IMG/VR virus record: IMGVR_UViG_3300028805_000039
Location: 1-63,851 of that record
DNA: 63,851 bases
DNA from: a virus
Lineage: Duplodnaviria > Heunggongvirae > Uroviricota > Caudoviricetes
Strand: one strand, 5' to 3'
Below, in pieces: positions 8,716 through 18,011 of this stretch. The position numbers and the translations under genes are program-made. Below the pieces are notes generated by a model. That model searched no databases, was not told the DNA's origin, and saw nothing but the letters and a program-made list of their open reading frames with translations. The first letter of the stretch is position 1. Each line of letters opens with the position of its first letter.

Positions 8716-8878
8716 AAACGGACGCTGAGGCGAAAGTCTCGGCGTCTTCGTGCTATATCAAACGCCCCGTACTGCCAAAAAAATCGCGTTAGGAAATTTT
8801 TTCCAGAAATGTCTATCTCCATTAATTTTATTATTTTAACTTTCATATTTTTATGAAAGAAAGGAGAGAAAAGACGCA

Positions 8879-9076
8879 ATGATTTTACATTATACTATCT
8901 TATGGTTTGTTATGATGATTGCTGGTATATTAATGTATGAGCAACCATTAATTACTAAGGTAAAAGGAAAAATGCTTAAAGCTTTATAGCAAATAGGATG
9001 GATGATTATGTTTATTGCTATGCTAGGTTTTATGCATGGCGTATTAAGTCTTATTAAACTTATCCCTCCATTATAA
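8879..9076 (+). CDS. small membrane protein (one TAG=Gln codon)
   Basis: ATG 8879 after a GGAGAG RBS. The product MILHYTILWFVMMIAGILMYEQPLITKVKGKMLKAL-Q-QIGWMIMFIAMLGF... ends at TAA 9074-9076. Confidence 0.45.
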
Positions 9077-9082
9077 AAGAAA

Positions 9083-9115
9083 AAAGTCAATGGATTATTC
9101 CATTGACTTTTTTCT
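9083..9115 (+). terminator. rho-independent terminator (AGTCAATGG...CCATTGACT + T-run)
   Basis: Perfect 9-bp stem followed by TTTTTTCTTTTTTT. Confidence 0.65.
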
Positions 9116-9137
9116 TTTTTTATTATATAATAATCAT
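9102..9137 (+). promoter_or_regulatory. sigma70-like promoter TTGACT-N17-TATAAT embedded in the terminator tail
   Basis: The descending terminator arm supplies the -35 element. Same cassette design as at 27399-27454 and 43990-44038. Confidence 0.5.
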
Positions 9138-9164
9138 ATATAAAATAAAAAAGGAGTTCTAAAT

Positions 9165-9590
9165 ATGATTATTGAAGATTGGAATAATGATTTAGGAATG
9201 GCTCAATGTATCATTGAAGATACTTCAACTAATGGGGTAACATTACGAGGATATGGAAAAGCAACTTGTCATGATGATGATAAATAGTGGAAAAGTGAGT
9301 TTACTGGAAAATATATCGCAATGACTCGTGCTCAAATTGATATTCTTCGTAAAAAACGTGATTATGAAATCAAACCAAGTATTATGGCATTAGAGCATGT
9401 TTTATCTACAATGAAACAAAGCAAGAAATATAACCCAAAATCTTATGAAGCAATACGTATTAAAAAAGAATTAAAACATTATCAAGAAGATTTACATATG
9501 ATACAAACTATCATTATTGATGAACAAGAAAATTTAAGACTTTATTTGGCCGGAAAAGACCAATTACATCATTAGGACGAAAATAAATAA
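9165..9590 (+). CDS. hypothetical protein (two TAG codons)
   Basis: AAGGAG RBS before the ATG. The frame runs from 9165 through track ORF 9321-9575 and ends at TAA 9588-9590. Confidence 0.5.
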
Positions 9591-9630
9591 AATAATTTAA
9601 AGAAATTGTATAAAATACATAAGAGAGGAA

Positions 9631-9879
9631 GTGGTTTTTATTCTCAAATATGTATTTTTAGGAATAAGTCTATATGTTCTAATCATTCCAATTTTAGAAT
9701 CATTATCTGCCTTAATTTGCCAAGGTATCGAAGTCCTTAAAGGAAAACTTGTTTATTAGCAAGCAATACTCCAATAGCAAGTTGATGAAATTAGAGCTAG
9801 ACCATCCTCAGGTTCTACTCATGCAATAGGTTTTACGATACCGGCAGAAAGTGAATATTATGAGGAGGAAGAAGAATGA
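9631..9879 (+). CDS. possible small membrane/acidic protein (GTG start, two TAG codons)
   Basis: An open frame whose TGA overlaps the ATG of the PhoH-like gene (ATGA coupling). The start codon is uncertain. Confidence 0.3.
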
Positions 9880-11102
9880 AATTTTATGATACTAGTTCCT
9901 TATTATTAAAAGCTGGAACGCTTTTTGATGAAAACGAAGAAAAATTCGCTATTTCGTCTATAACATTAAAAGAACTTGAAGAAATAAAAACTTCTTTTAA
10001 TAAAGATGCTAATATCAAATACGCTGCTCGTTAGCTGCTTCATCTTTTAGATGAACATGATGGAGAATATGAAATTAGTATTTATAAAGAATCAATGTTA
10101 CAAAAAATTATTGAAAATGATTTACCAATTACTAATGATATGAAAATATTGGCGTCAGCATTAAATTATGACATTTTTGTTACTAATGATTTAGCTTTAA
10201 AAAAAATAGCTCAAATCTTTTTTGATTCCAATAAAATTGAAAGTGTCGGAGAAGATTTTGATAATAATTATACAGGCTATCTTGAAGTTGTAATGGATAA
10301 CTCATAGATGGAAGATTTTTATTCTAACTTAAATAAAAATACTTTAAAAGCATTAATTAACCAATATATTATTATTAAAGACATAAATGGAACTATTGTA
10401 GATAAACGGGTATGGACTGGCGAAACATATAGAAATATTAGTTTTGAAAACTTTAATTCTAACGAATTAGGTCCTATTCGTCCTATGCCCGGAGATGCTT
10501 AGTAGTAGTTTGTGGCAGATAGTTTATGCCACAATAAGATAACGGTTATACGTGGCCCAGCTGGGTCTGGTAAATCACAATTATCTCTTGGCTGTTTATT
10601 CTGGCTATTAGAAAGACGTAAAATTGAGAAAATTATTATCTTTTGTAATACAGTTGCCGCAAAAGGGGCTGCTAGGCTAGGATTTTTACCTGGTACAAGA
10701 GAAGAAAAGTTATTGGATAGCCAGATAGGAAATTTCTTAATAAGTAAATTAGGAGATAGAATAGAAGTAGAAAGATTAATTGATGATAATAAATTATTGT
10801 TATTACCAATGGCAGATATTCGTGGTTATGATACAACGAGTATGAATGCAGGAATATATATAACAGAAGCTTAGAATTTAGATCGAGATTTAATGAAATT
10901 AGCACTTCAACGCATAGGAGAAGATTGTATCTGTATCATTGATGGAGATGAAAAAACTTAGGTAGATGATGTAGCTTTTGCTGGGGCAAACAATGGTATG
11001 CGTAGAATGTCAAAAGTATTTCGTGGACATGATGTTTATGGAGAAATTGAATTAAAGAAAATCTATCGTTCTAAAATAGCTGAAATTGCTGAAAATATTT
11101 AA
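9876..11102 (+). CDS. phoH: PIN domain - PhoH-like ATPase fusion (YlaK-like), six in-frame TAG codons
   Basis: Walker A GPAGSGKS, GFLPGTREEK, and motifs IYITEA-Q-N (PhoH DEAQN) and KT-Q-VD (PhoH TQID) where TAG sits exactly at conserved Gln positions. The N-terminus matches a PIN domain (ITLKELEEIK...ARQLLHLLDE). Confidence 0.8.
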
Positions 11103-11103
11103 G

Positions 11104-11132
11104 AGACTGATTTTTATCAGTCTCTTTTTTTA
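11104..11132 (+). terminator. rho-independent terminator (AGAGACTGA...TCAGTCTCT + T7)
   Basis: Perfect hairpin directly after TAA 11100-11102. Confidence 0.7.
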
Positions 11133-11156
11133 TAAGTCAAGAAAGGAGGAAAACAT

Positions 11157-11657
11157 ATGACAGTACAAGAACAATTATGGCAATATTTTATTAACAAAGG
11201 TTTTACTCCACAATCTATTGCTGGCATTATGGGTAATGTAGATGAAGAAAGTAAATTTTAGCCAAATGCTGTATAGAAAAATAATTTATATACAAATGCT
11301 TCATATACTAATATGGTAGATACTGGTATATATAGTAATTTTATTCATGATGATTTAGGATATGGTTTAGTTCAATGGACTTATGATGCTTTTAAACAAG
11401 ATTTATATAATAGATGTAAATCAGCAAATAAATCAATTGCTGATTTAAATTGTCAACTTGATTAGATGTATGCTCATTTATAGAGTGAAGGACTATTAAA
11501 TCAAATGAAAACTTTTACTTCTATAAAAGAAGCGACTATTTTTTATATGTTGAGATTTGAAAAACCATAGGATTAGAGTGATGATGCTCAAAACAAAAGA
11601 ATTGAAGCAGCTCAAAAATGGTTTAATATATTTAATAAAAATAAATAGTAGCAATAG
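11157..11657 (+). CDS. phage tail-lysozyme-like (PF18013-like) cell wall hydrolase domain protein
   Basis: AAAGGAGG RBS. Contains FTPQSIAGIMGNVDEES and GYGLVQWTY motifs and six internal TAG codons. The frame ends in TAG TAG CAA TAG and runs without TAA/TGA into the amidase gene, so the boundary is uncertain. Confidence 0.5.
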
Positions 11658-11669
11658 GGAGGTAAAAAA

Positions 11670-13604
11670 ATGAAATATTCTCAATCAAATCCTCCATTAG
11701 TATGTATGATGACAAATTCTACTTGTTATCAATCAACAAACTAGATGCAAGTTAAAGGAGTCCTCTGGCATAGTACTGGGGCAAATAATAAAACAATAAA
11801 AAGATATGTTCAACCAACTGAAGGTGATCCAAATTATGCTTACTTAATGAATTTAATTGGTAAAAATACTGGCGCAAATGATTGGAATCATATTTCCATG
11901 TAGGCTGGTTTAAATGCTTGGATAGGAACACTAGCTGATGGATCTGTTACTTCTGTTCAAACAATGCCTTGGGATTATAAGCCTTGGGGATGCGGTTCAG
12001 GTAGTAAAGGCAGCTGTAATAATGGTTGGATTCAATTTGAAATTTGTGAAGATAGTCTTGTTGATGGGACATATTTTTATAAAGTCTATCAAGAAGCATG
12101 TGAATTAACCGCTTATTTATGTAAATTATACAATATAAATCCTCTTGGAAATGTTCTTTTTAATGGCACAACTGTACCAACAATTTTATGCCATCAAGAC
12201 AGTTACCAATTAGGATTAGGAACAAATCATAGTGATGTATACCATTGGTTCAATAAATATGGCAAAACTATGGATAATGTTCGTAAAGATGTAGCAAATT
12301 TATTAGGAATTAATATTAATACTAATTCTCCAATTAACGATAATGTTTCCGTTATGATGTTAAAACGAGGAATGAAAGATAATCCTCAAATTAATTTATT
12401 ACAAGAAAAATTAATTGAACTTGGATATAATGTAGGACCAAAAGGAGCAGATGGAAACTTCGGCCAGGCTACTGAATTAGCAATTAAAACTTTTCAATAG
12501 AAAAATGGATTAACTCCTAATGGAGTATTTGGCGCAGAAACATTTTTAGCTATGAAAAAAGCATTAGAAATGAAAAATTCTATAGTAGCTCCATTAATCA
12601 ATAAAGAAGAAATTTATAGAGTCCGTAAAGCATGGAATCAACCAGGCACACAAGTTGGAGCCTATAAAAATTTAAACAATGCAAAAGAAACAGTTGATAA
12701 ATTACCTGCTGGATATCATGTATATGATAACAATGGTTCAGAAATTTACCCAATAGTTTCTTCTGCTATTACAAATAATAAAACTTCTAATAGTAGTGTT
12801 GCCGTAAATCTTCCAATAGCAAAAACTTACTCTGGTGTAAAACTAGCATCTTCTTCAAAAGATGAGAATGGTAGATATACTGGTGGATAGCGTGGGGACC
12901 AAACTGGAAGGGAAGTATATATTTTAGATTGGTATCGTAGTGGTTGGAATTATGTATTAAGACCAAAAACTCAAAGATTAGCTGAAAATATTGCTCGTGC
13001 TGCTGAGGCAGGGTGTGCTAATGACAATATCGGTTATAGTCAAGGGGCAAGAAATACATTATATATAGAAGCTCAAAAAGTAGGATTAGATTTATCAAAA
13101 ATAACAACTCCTTGTGATTGTGATTGTAGCTCATTTGTCAGTATTTGCTGTATTTGTGCTGGTTTATCTCCAAGTATTTTTTATGCTGATGGAAATATGA
13201 GAACTACTTATAATATGAAATAGGCATGTGAAGCAACCGGATAGTTTTTAGTATTATCCGGCAATCAATACATTGGTCAAAAAGATTATTTAAAACGTGG
13301 AGATATTTTACTTAATTCTAATTCTCATGTAACTATTGTCCTTTCCAATGGAGATTGTGTAGAAGATTTAACAAGTTAGTTTGAAACTTCAACAACTCAA
13401 CCTATTATTAGTGGAACTAGTTATACTGTTCAAATTACAGTACCATTTTTAAATATTCGATTAAATCCTAATCCTGATGGAAAAATAGTTGGACAAGTTA
13501 AATATAATCAAATATTTACTATCGTCCAAGAGGAAGGAGGATATGGTAAACTTAAATCTGGTGTTGGCTGGATAGATTTAAGATATACCAGAAAATTATC
13601 ATGA
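11670..13604 (+). CDS. multidomain endolysin: N-acetylmuramoyl-L-alanine amidase (Amidase_2/PGRP) + PG_binding_1 + hydrolase domain + SH3-like
   Basis: GGGAGG RBS with 7-nt spacing to ATG 11670. PG_binding_1 motif LGYNVGPKGADGNFGQATELAIKTFQ-Q-KNGLTPNGVFG with TAG at the conserved Gln. The C-terminus has an SH3-like fold. Eight in-frame TAG codons; ends at TGA 13602-13604. Confidence 0.75.
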
Positions 13605-13915
13605 AAGGAAAACATAATAAAAAATTAGAATTTTCAAAAACATTATTAATCCAAGAGTCAATATTAATTTGGATTCATACTATTTCAATGCTAGTCCTAG
13701 CTTATATTTGTGTTTTTCGTGGTTATTTTGCGGAATTACCTTGGCTTACCGCTATGGTAGCTTTGCCATGGGGAGCTTACGCAGTTAGCCAACGAGCATA
13801 TTATAAGAAATCAGAAGCTGAAAATACCGAAGGCGGTATTAAGTTTGAAACAGTAATGTCTGATTATAGAGAATAGACTGACCCTTATCTTTTTAATGAC
13901 TCTGCTGTTGGATAA
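13601..13915 (+). CDS. holin-like small membrane protein
   Basis: Starts at ATGA overlapping the endolysin stop. Two TM helices, one TAG codon, stop TAA 13913-13915. Confidence 0.45.
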
Positions 13916-13920
13916 TTTTT

Positions 13921-13966
13921 ATTGAAAAACCAAGATAATATAATTTTTTTATATTATCTTGGTTTA
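13921..13966 (+). terminator. rho-independent terminator (AAAACCAAGATAATAT...ATATTATCTTGGTTT)
   Basis: Long perfect inverted repeat followed by a T-rich tract. Confidence 0.65.
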
Positions 13967-13975
13967 TTTTTATAT

Positions 13976-14004
13976 TGACAATTATATTTTTTTATTATAT
14001 AATA
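13976..14004 (+). promoter_or_regulatory. sigma70-like promoter TTGACA-N16/17-TATAAT
   Basis: Consensus hexamers upstream of the RNase H gene. Confidence 0.55.
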
Positions 14005-14091
14005 TTTATATATAAATAGATAGTTTTTTATTTTATCTCATATATATGATACAATAAAAAAAACGAAATGTCAAGTTAAGTAGGTGTAACA

Positions 14092-14538
14092 ATGAGAATA
14101 TACTATACAGATGGTTCTGCCACAGGAAATGGTACTGAAAATTCTATTGGCGGTTTTGGAATCGTTGAAGTAGATGAAAATGATAATATCCTTTGGGAAT
14201 ACCAAGAAAATAATTTAAAATATGAAACAAATAATTCTATGGAATTAACTGCTATTTTGTATGCTTTAAATCATATAGAAGTTGAAGAAGCCTCTTTTAT
14301 GAAACCAATTATTTATAGTGATAGTGCTTATTGTGTAAATCTTATAAATGATTGGATGTATAGTTGGGAACGAAATGGGTGGAAACGTCCTAAAAATCAA
14401 GAGGTTAAAAATTTAAATCTTATTAAACAAATTTTTGAATTAGCTGATTTAGCAGAAATAAGAAAAATAAAAGGACATGCTAGCAATAAGTGGAATGAAT
14501 ATGCAGATAAATTAGCAACAGGAGTATATAAAATATAA
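14092..14538 (+). CDS. rnhA: ribonuclease H (RNase HI)
   Basis: YTDGS, TNNSMEL, YSDSAY and KIKGHASNKWNEYADKLA catalytic motifs. Confidence 0.8.
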   Translation: MRIYYTDGSATGNGTENSIGGFGIVEVDENDNILWEYQENNLKYETNNSMELTAILYALNHIEVEEASFMKPIIYSDSAYCVNLINDWMYSWERNGWKRPKNQEVKNLNLIKQIFELADLAEIRKIKGHASNKWNEYADKLATGVYKI

Positions 14539-14822
14539 TGAAAATTAATTTTTTACCAGTAAATATTTATATTAGTCGTAATGAAAGATTTTTTGCTAAA
14601 ATACAATGGTTTTTATATAAAAATTTTGATATGAAAAGAACTGTTCCTTGTGGGCAAACTAAAAAAAATAAATATTTATGGTGTGCCCAGCCAACTGATG
14701 AAGAACATTGCTATTATAGTAAAGAAGATAGAACAGAAGTTAGATGTAAATGTTGTAATCAATTAAAAATAATGAGCAATCAACCTATTGATTTAAAAAA
14801 AATTCATGAAGAAGGCTTTTAA
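14538..14822 (+). CDS. Cys-rich zinc-finger protein
   Basis: 94 aa with multiple CxxC motifs. Start overlaps the rnhA stop. Confidence 0.5.
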   Translation: MKINFLPVNIYISRNERFFAKIQWFLYKNFDMKRTVPCGQTKKNKYLWCAQPTDEEHCYYSKEDRTEVRCKCCNQLKIMSNQPIDLKKIHEEGF

Positions 14823-14823
14823 C

Positions 14824-14852
14824 TTGACTTTAATTAAAAAATATGATATAAT
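14824..14852 (+). promoter_or_regulatory. sigma70-like promoter TTGACT-N17-TATAAT
   Basis: Consensus match. Confidence 0.55.
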
Positions 14853-14885
14853 ATAGTATAAAAAAATTAAAATAGGAGAAATCTT

Positions 14886-15218
14886 ATGTTGAATGAATTA
14901 TTAAGACGATGTTGGACATGTCCAGTATGTGGGCGGATTCTATATCGTCCTTTAAAAGGTTATTGGTGTCCATTTTGTGGGCATAATTTATCTGCTGATG
15001 AATAGGAAGATAATTTAGATTTATCAACAAGAATTACTGCTCGTGATGAAAATGGAGTACCATATTATTGTGGAGAAAGAGGACTTAGACAAAGAACATA
15101 TGCTCATGATATGGACGTAAATATTATCGCAGAAATATTAGAAAAACTTTGTCAATATGAAGAAATTGAAGTTGAAAATGATAGAATAATTGATGAATTA
15201 ATAAATTAGGAGGATTAA
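14886..15218 (+). CDS. zinc-ribbon protein (two TAG codons)
   Basis: CWTCPVCG...CPFCGH motifs. Ends at TAA 15216-15218; the next gene starts at GTG 15219 with an AGGAGG RBS. Confidence 0.5.
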
Positions 15219-15941
15219 GTGAATAAAATAATAAATAATCTTCAACTTAAATATTATATTCATGATCCAAATAATATATTAAGTGAAGAAGAAATATTAA
15301 AATTTAAAAAAATATTTTTAAATAAAGATTTTAAAACTTTTACCGAATTACGAGAAAGTGAAAAATATGAGAAATGCGCTGGATTAGATAAAGACGATAA
15401 AAATGTCTATCACCTTTATCAAATTATGCCTTGGTTTGGTTATTTATATTATGAAGATAAATGTATTGGTAATATTGATTTAACTTCTGAGGATGGATTC
15501 AATCTTATTACTCATGTTTATTTGCATGCTCGTGAGCAAGTATATGAATTATTTACAAATGATAATATTAATCTTAATTGTGATATATAGTATGTGATTC
15601 ACAATTATAATGATCATATTGAAACAAAAGATTTAATTAAAGGCGTTGTTGCAATTAGAGATAAAGATTTTAATGCTTATCTTGAATTAATAAGTAAATA
15701 TCCAAATGTTTATGGTTATACAAAAGATGATTATGCATATATGGTAGAATATTTTCCTGATCATGCAAATATTTTATACAATAATAAATGTATTGGAGAA
15801 TTATTTATTGTCTCAGAAGAAAAAGATAAAGATGGCAATTATCATTTAATTAATAATAATGGTATGAATTTTATTACTTCATATAAAATAGATAATAGTG
15901 ATTATTGGTCAGATAAGGAAATTGTAAGATGGGAAATATAA
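15219..15941 (+). CDS. hypothetical protein with an internal tandem domain duplication (one TAG at the junction)
   Basis: The two halves share YxxYxxxNKCIG(N/E)(I/L) motifs. Track ORFs 15219-15590 and 15594-15941 are in frame and separated only by a TAG. Confidence 0.5.
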
Positions 15942-17842
15942 AAGATAAAACTTTATATACAGAAGAATCAATTGAATCATTATCTCCGCTTGAATTTACT
16001 CGTTTAAGACCAGGAGTATACGCAGGTGATACGACATATGCTACACAATTGGCTGTCGAAATTTTTTCTAATGCTGTTGATGAATTTCGTCTTGGACATG
16101 GAGATAAGATTGATGTAGATATTAAAGGGCCAAGAGTAAGAATACGAGATTATGGGCAAGGTTTTATTCCTAATAGTTTTCGTGATGATGGAAAAACAAT
16201 TCTTGAAGCAGCATTTAGTGTTTTAAATACTTCTGGTAAGTATCGTGAAGATGGTACTTATGAAGGTACTTCATTGGGTTCTTTTGGTATTGGTTCTAAA
16301 ATTACTACTTATCTTTCACATTGGTTAGAAGTATATACTTATAGAGATGGAGAATCAGAATTTTGTTCTTTCACAGAAGGCGTCTTTAATGAACGTAAAT
16401 CAGCTAAAGTAGATAGTTCTGTGCATGGAACTGATGTAACATGGGAACCTAGTGAAGAATTTTTTACACATCCAGAAGTAAATGTAAATGAATTAAAAAC
16501 TTTATTTAAGACAATAGCGGCTTTATGTCCTGGATTAACTATTAATTTAGATGATAATGGTAGTAAAACAACTTATTTCTCTAAAAACGGTATTAGTGAT
16601 TTAGTTGATGAAGCAGTTGAAGGAAAAGAATTAATTAAAAATCGTTTTGTTATGAATTATCAAAATGATAAAAATAAAATTGATATGGTTATGACATATA
16701 CATCTAACTATTCAATGAATTTAATTCCTTATGTTAATACAGGTTTAACAGCAAATGGACCACATATTTCACAGATTAAATCTCTTTTAACTCGTGAATT
16801 TAATAAATTTTTCCGTGATAAAAAATGGTTAAAGGAAAAAGAAGAAAATCTTTCTGGTGAAGATATACAAGAAGGACTTTATATTGTATTTAATATTACC
16901 GCTCCAAATGTAGCATATGATGCTCAGGTAAAGACAAGAGTCACTAAATTAGAAATGATTCCTTTCACTTCGGCAATCGCAGAAGAACTTCGTATCTGGT
17001 TCACAGCAAATGAAAAAGATATTAAAATGATTGCTGATAAAGCGTTAGGGGCAAGAAAAGCAAGATTAGCCGCACAAAAAGCAAGAGATAATGCTCGTGA
17101 AGGCCAAAAGAAAAAGGAAAAAGCTTTAAAATTTGATAGTAAATTAGCTGATTGTTATAGTAAAGATCGCAAAAAGTGCGAAATTTATATTACAGAGGGC
17201 GATAGTGCGAGTGGTAAATTAAAAGAAGCCAGAGACAATGAATTTCAAGCAATTATGCCAGTCCGAGGCAAAATTTTAAATACTCAAAAAGCAACCATTG
17301 ATAAAATACAGAAAAATGCTGAAATTATGTCAATGATTCAAGCTTTTGGTCTTGAAATTGATTTAAAAACAATGAAAGTGACATATCATCCAGATAAAAT
17401 TCGATATGGGAAAATTATTATTATGAGTGATGCTGATGTTGATGGTGCTCATATTAAAAATTTGTTTTATACTTTTATTTGGAATTTCTGCCCTCAATTA
17501 ATTCAAGATGGTTATATCTATGCTGGTGTCCCGCCACTTTATAAAGTTACAATGGCTAAAAAATATTATTATTTAAAGAATGATAATGCTTTAGAAGAAT
17601 TTCGTAAGAAAAATGCTGGTAAGAATTACATTGTAAATCGTATGAAAGGTTTGGGCGAAATGGATGCTGAAGAAGTTGAAGAAACTTTAATTAGCCCAGA
17701 AGGTAGAATTATTCGTCAAGTTACTGTAAATGATATTCCAACTACTAATAAATTATTTGATGATTTAATGGGCACAGCTGTAGTTCCACGTAAATTGTAT
17801 ATTAAAGAACATAGTAAAGAGGCTACTTATAATGCAGAATAA
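15929..17842 (+). CDS. type II DNA topoisomerase, ATPase/TOPRIM subunit (GyrB / T4 gp39-like)
   Basis: GHKL ATPase N-terminus, TOPRIM motifs (EGDSASG, IMSDADVDGAHI). No TAG codons. Confidence 0.8.
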   Translation: MGNIKDKTLYTEESIESLSPLEFTRLRPGVYAGDTTYATQLAVEIFSNAVDEFRLGHGDKIDVDIKGPRVRIRDYGQGFIPNSFRDDGKTILEAAFSVLNTSGKYREDGTYEGTSLGSFGIGSKITTYLSHWLEVYTYRDGESEFCSFTEGVFNERKSAKVDSSVHGTDVTWEPSEEFFTHPEVNVNELKTLFKTIAALCPGLTINLDDNGSKTTYFSKNGISDLVDEAVEGKELIKNRFVMNYQNDKNKIDMVMTYTSNYSMNLIPYVNTGLTANGPHISQIKSLLTREFNKFFRDKKWLKEKEENLSGEDIQEGLYIVFNITAPNVAYDAQVKTRVTKLEMIPFTSAIAEELRIWFTANEKDIKMIADKALGARKARLAAQKARDNAREGQKKKEKALKFDSKLADCYSKDRKKCEIYITEGDSASGKLKEARDNEFQAIMPVRGKILNTQKATIDKIQKNAEIMSMIQAFGLEIDLKTMKVTYHPDKIRYGKIIIMSDADVDGAHIKNLFYTFIWNFCPQLIQDGYIYAGVPPLYKVTMAKKYYYLKNDNALEEFRKKNAGKNYIVNRMKGLGEMDAEEVEETLISPEGRIIRQVTVNDIPTTNKLFDDLMGTAVVPRKLYIKEHSKEATYNAE

Positions 17843-18011
17843 TAATCCTTATGAATATGCTGAATTAAGAGAAGAAATTCATTATATTTTGAATGATTTT
17901 TTTAAATATGAATATGAACTTTTTAAAAATGGTGAATTTGATCATGAATTTTTAGAAGTATCTACAGATAATATTTTAAGATTAATTAGACGTCAAGGAG
18001 GACAAGTATAA
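17832..18011 (+). CDS. small hypothetical protein
   Basis: 59 aa. ATG overlaps the gyrB-like stop and its own stop overlaps the next ATG. Confidence 0.4.
   Translation: MQNNNPYEYAELREEIHYILNDFFKYEYELFKNGEFDHEFLEVSTDNILRLIRRQGGQV

Noticed and set aside
8717-8742. GC-rich hairpin GACGCTGAGGCGAAAGTCTCGGCGTC, considered as a tRNA or suppressor tRNA fragment.
   Set aside because: It is only a 26-nt stem-loop with no acceptor, D or T arm structure, and no GTTCRANYC T-loop nearby. No tRNA-like sequence was found anywhere in the window, so the expected CUA-anticodon suppressor tRNA must lie elsewhere in the genome.
10500-10512. Treating the triple TAG as a true gene boundary, with PhoH starting at GTG 10512.
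   Set aside because: There is no Shine-Dalgarno sequence before GTG 10512, and PIN+PhoH fusions (YlaK-type) are a known architecture. It is kept as a finding because the alternative cannot be excluded.
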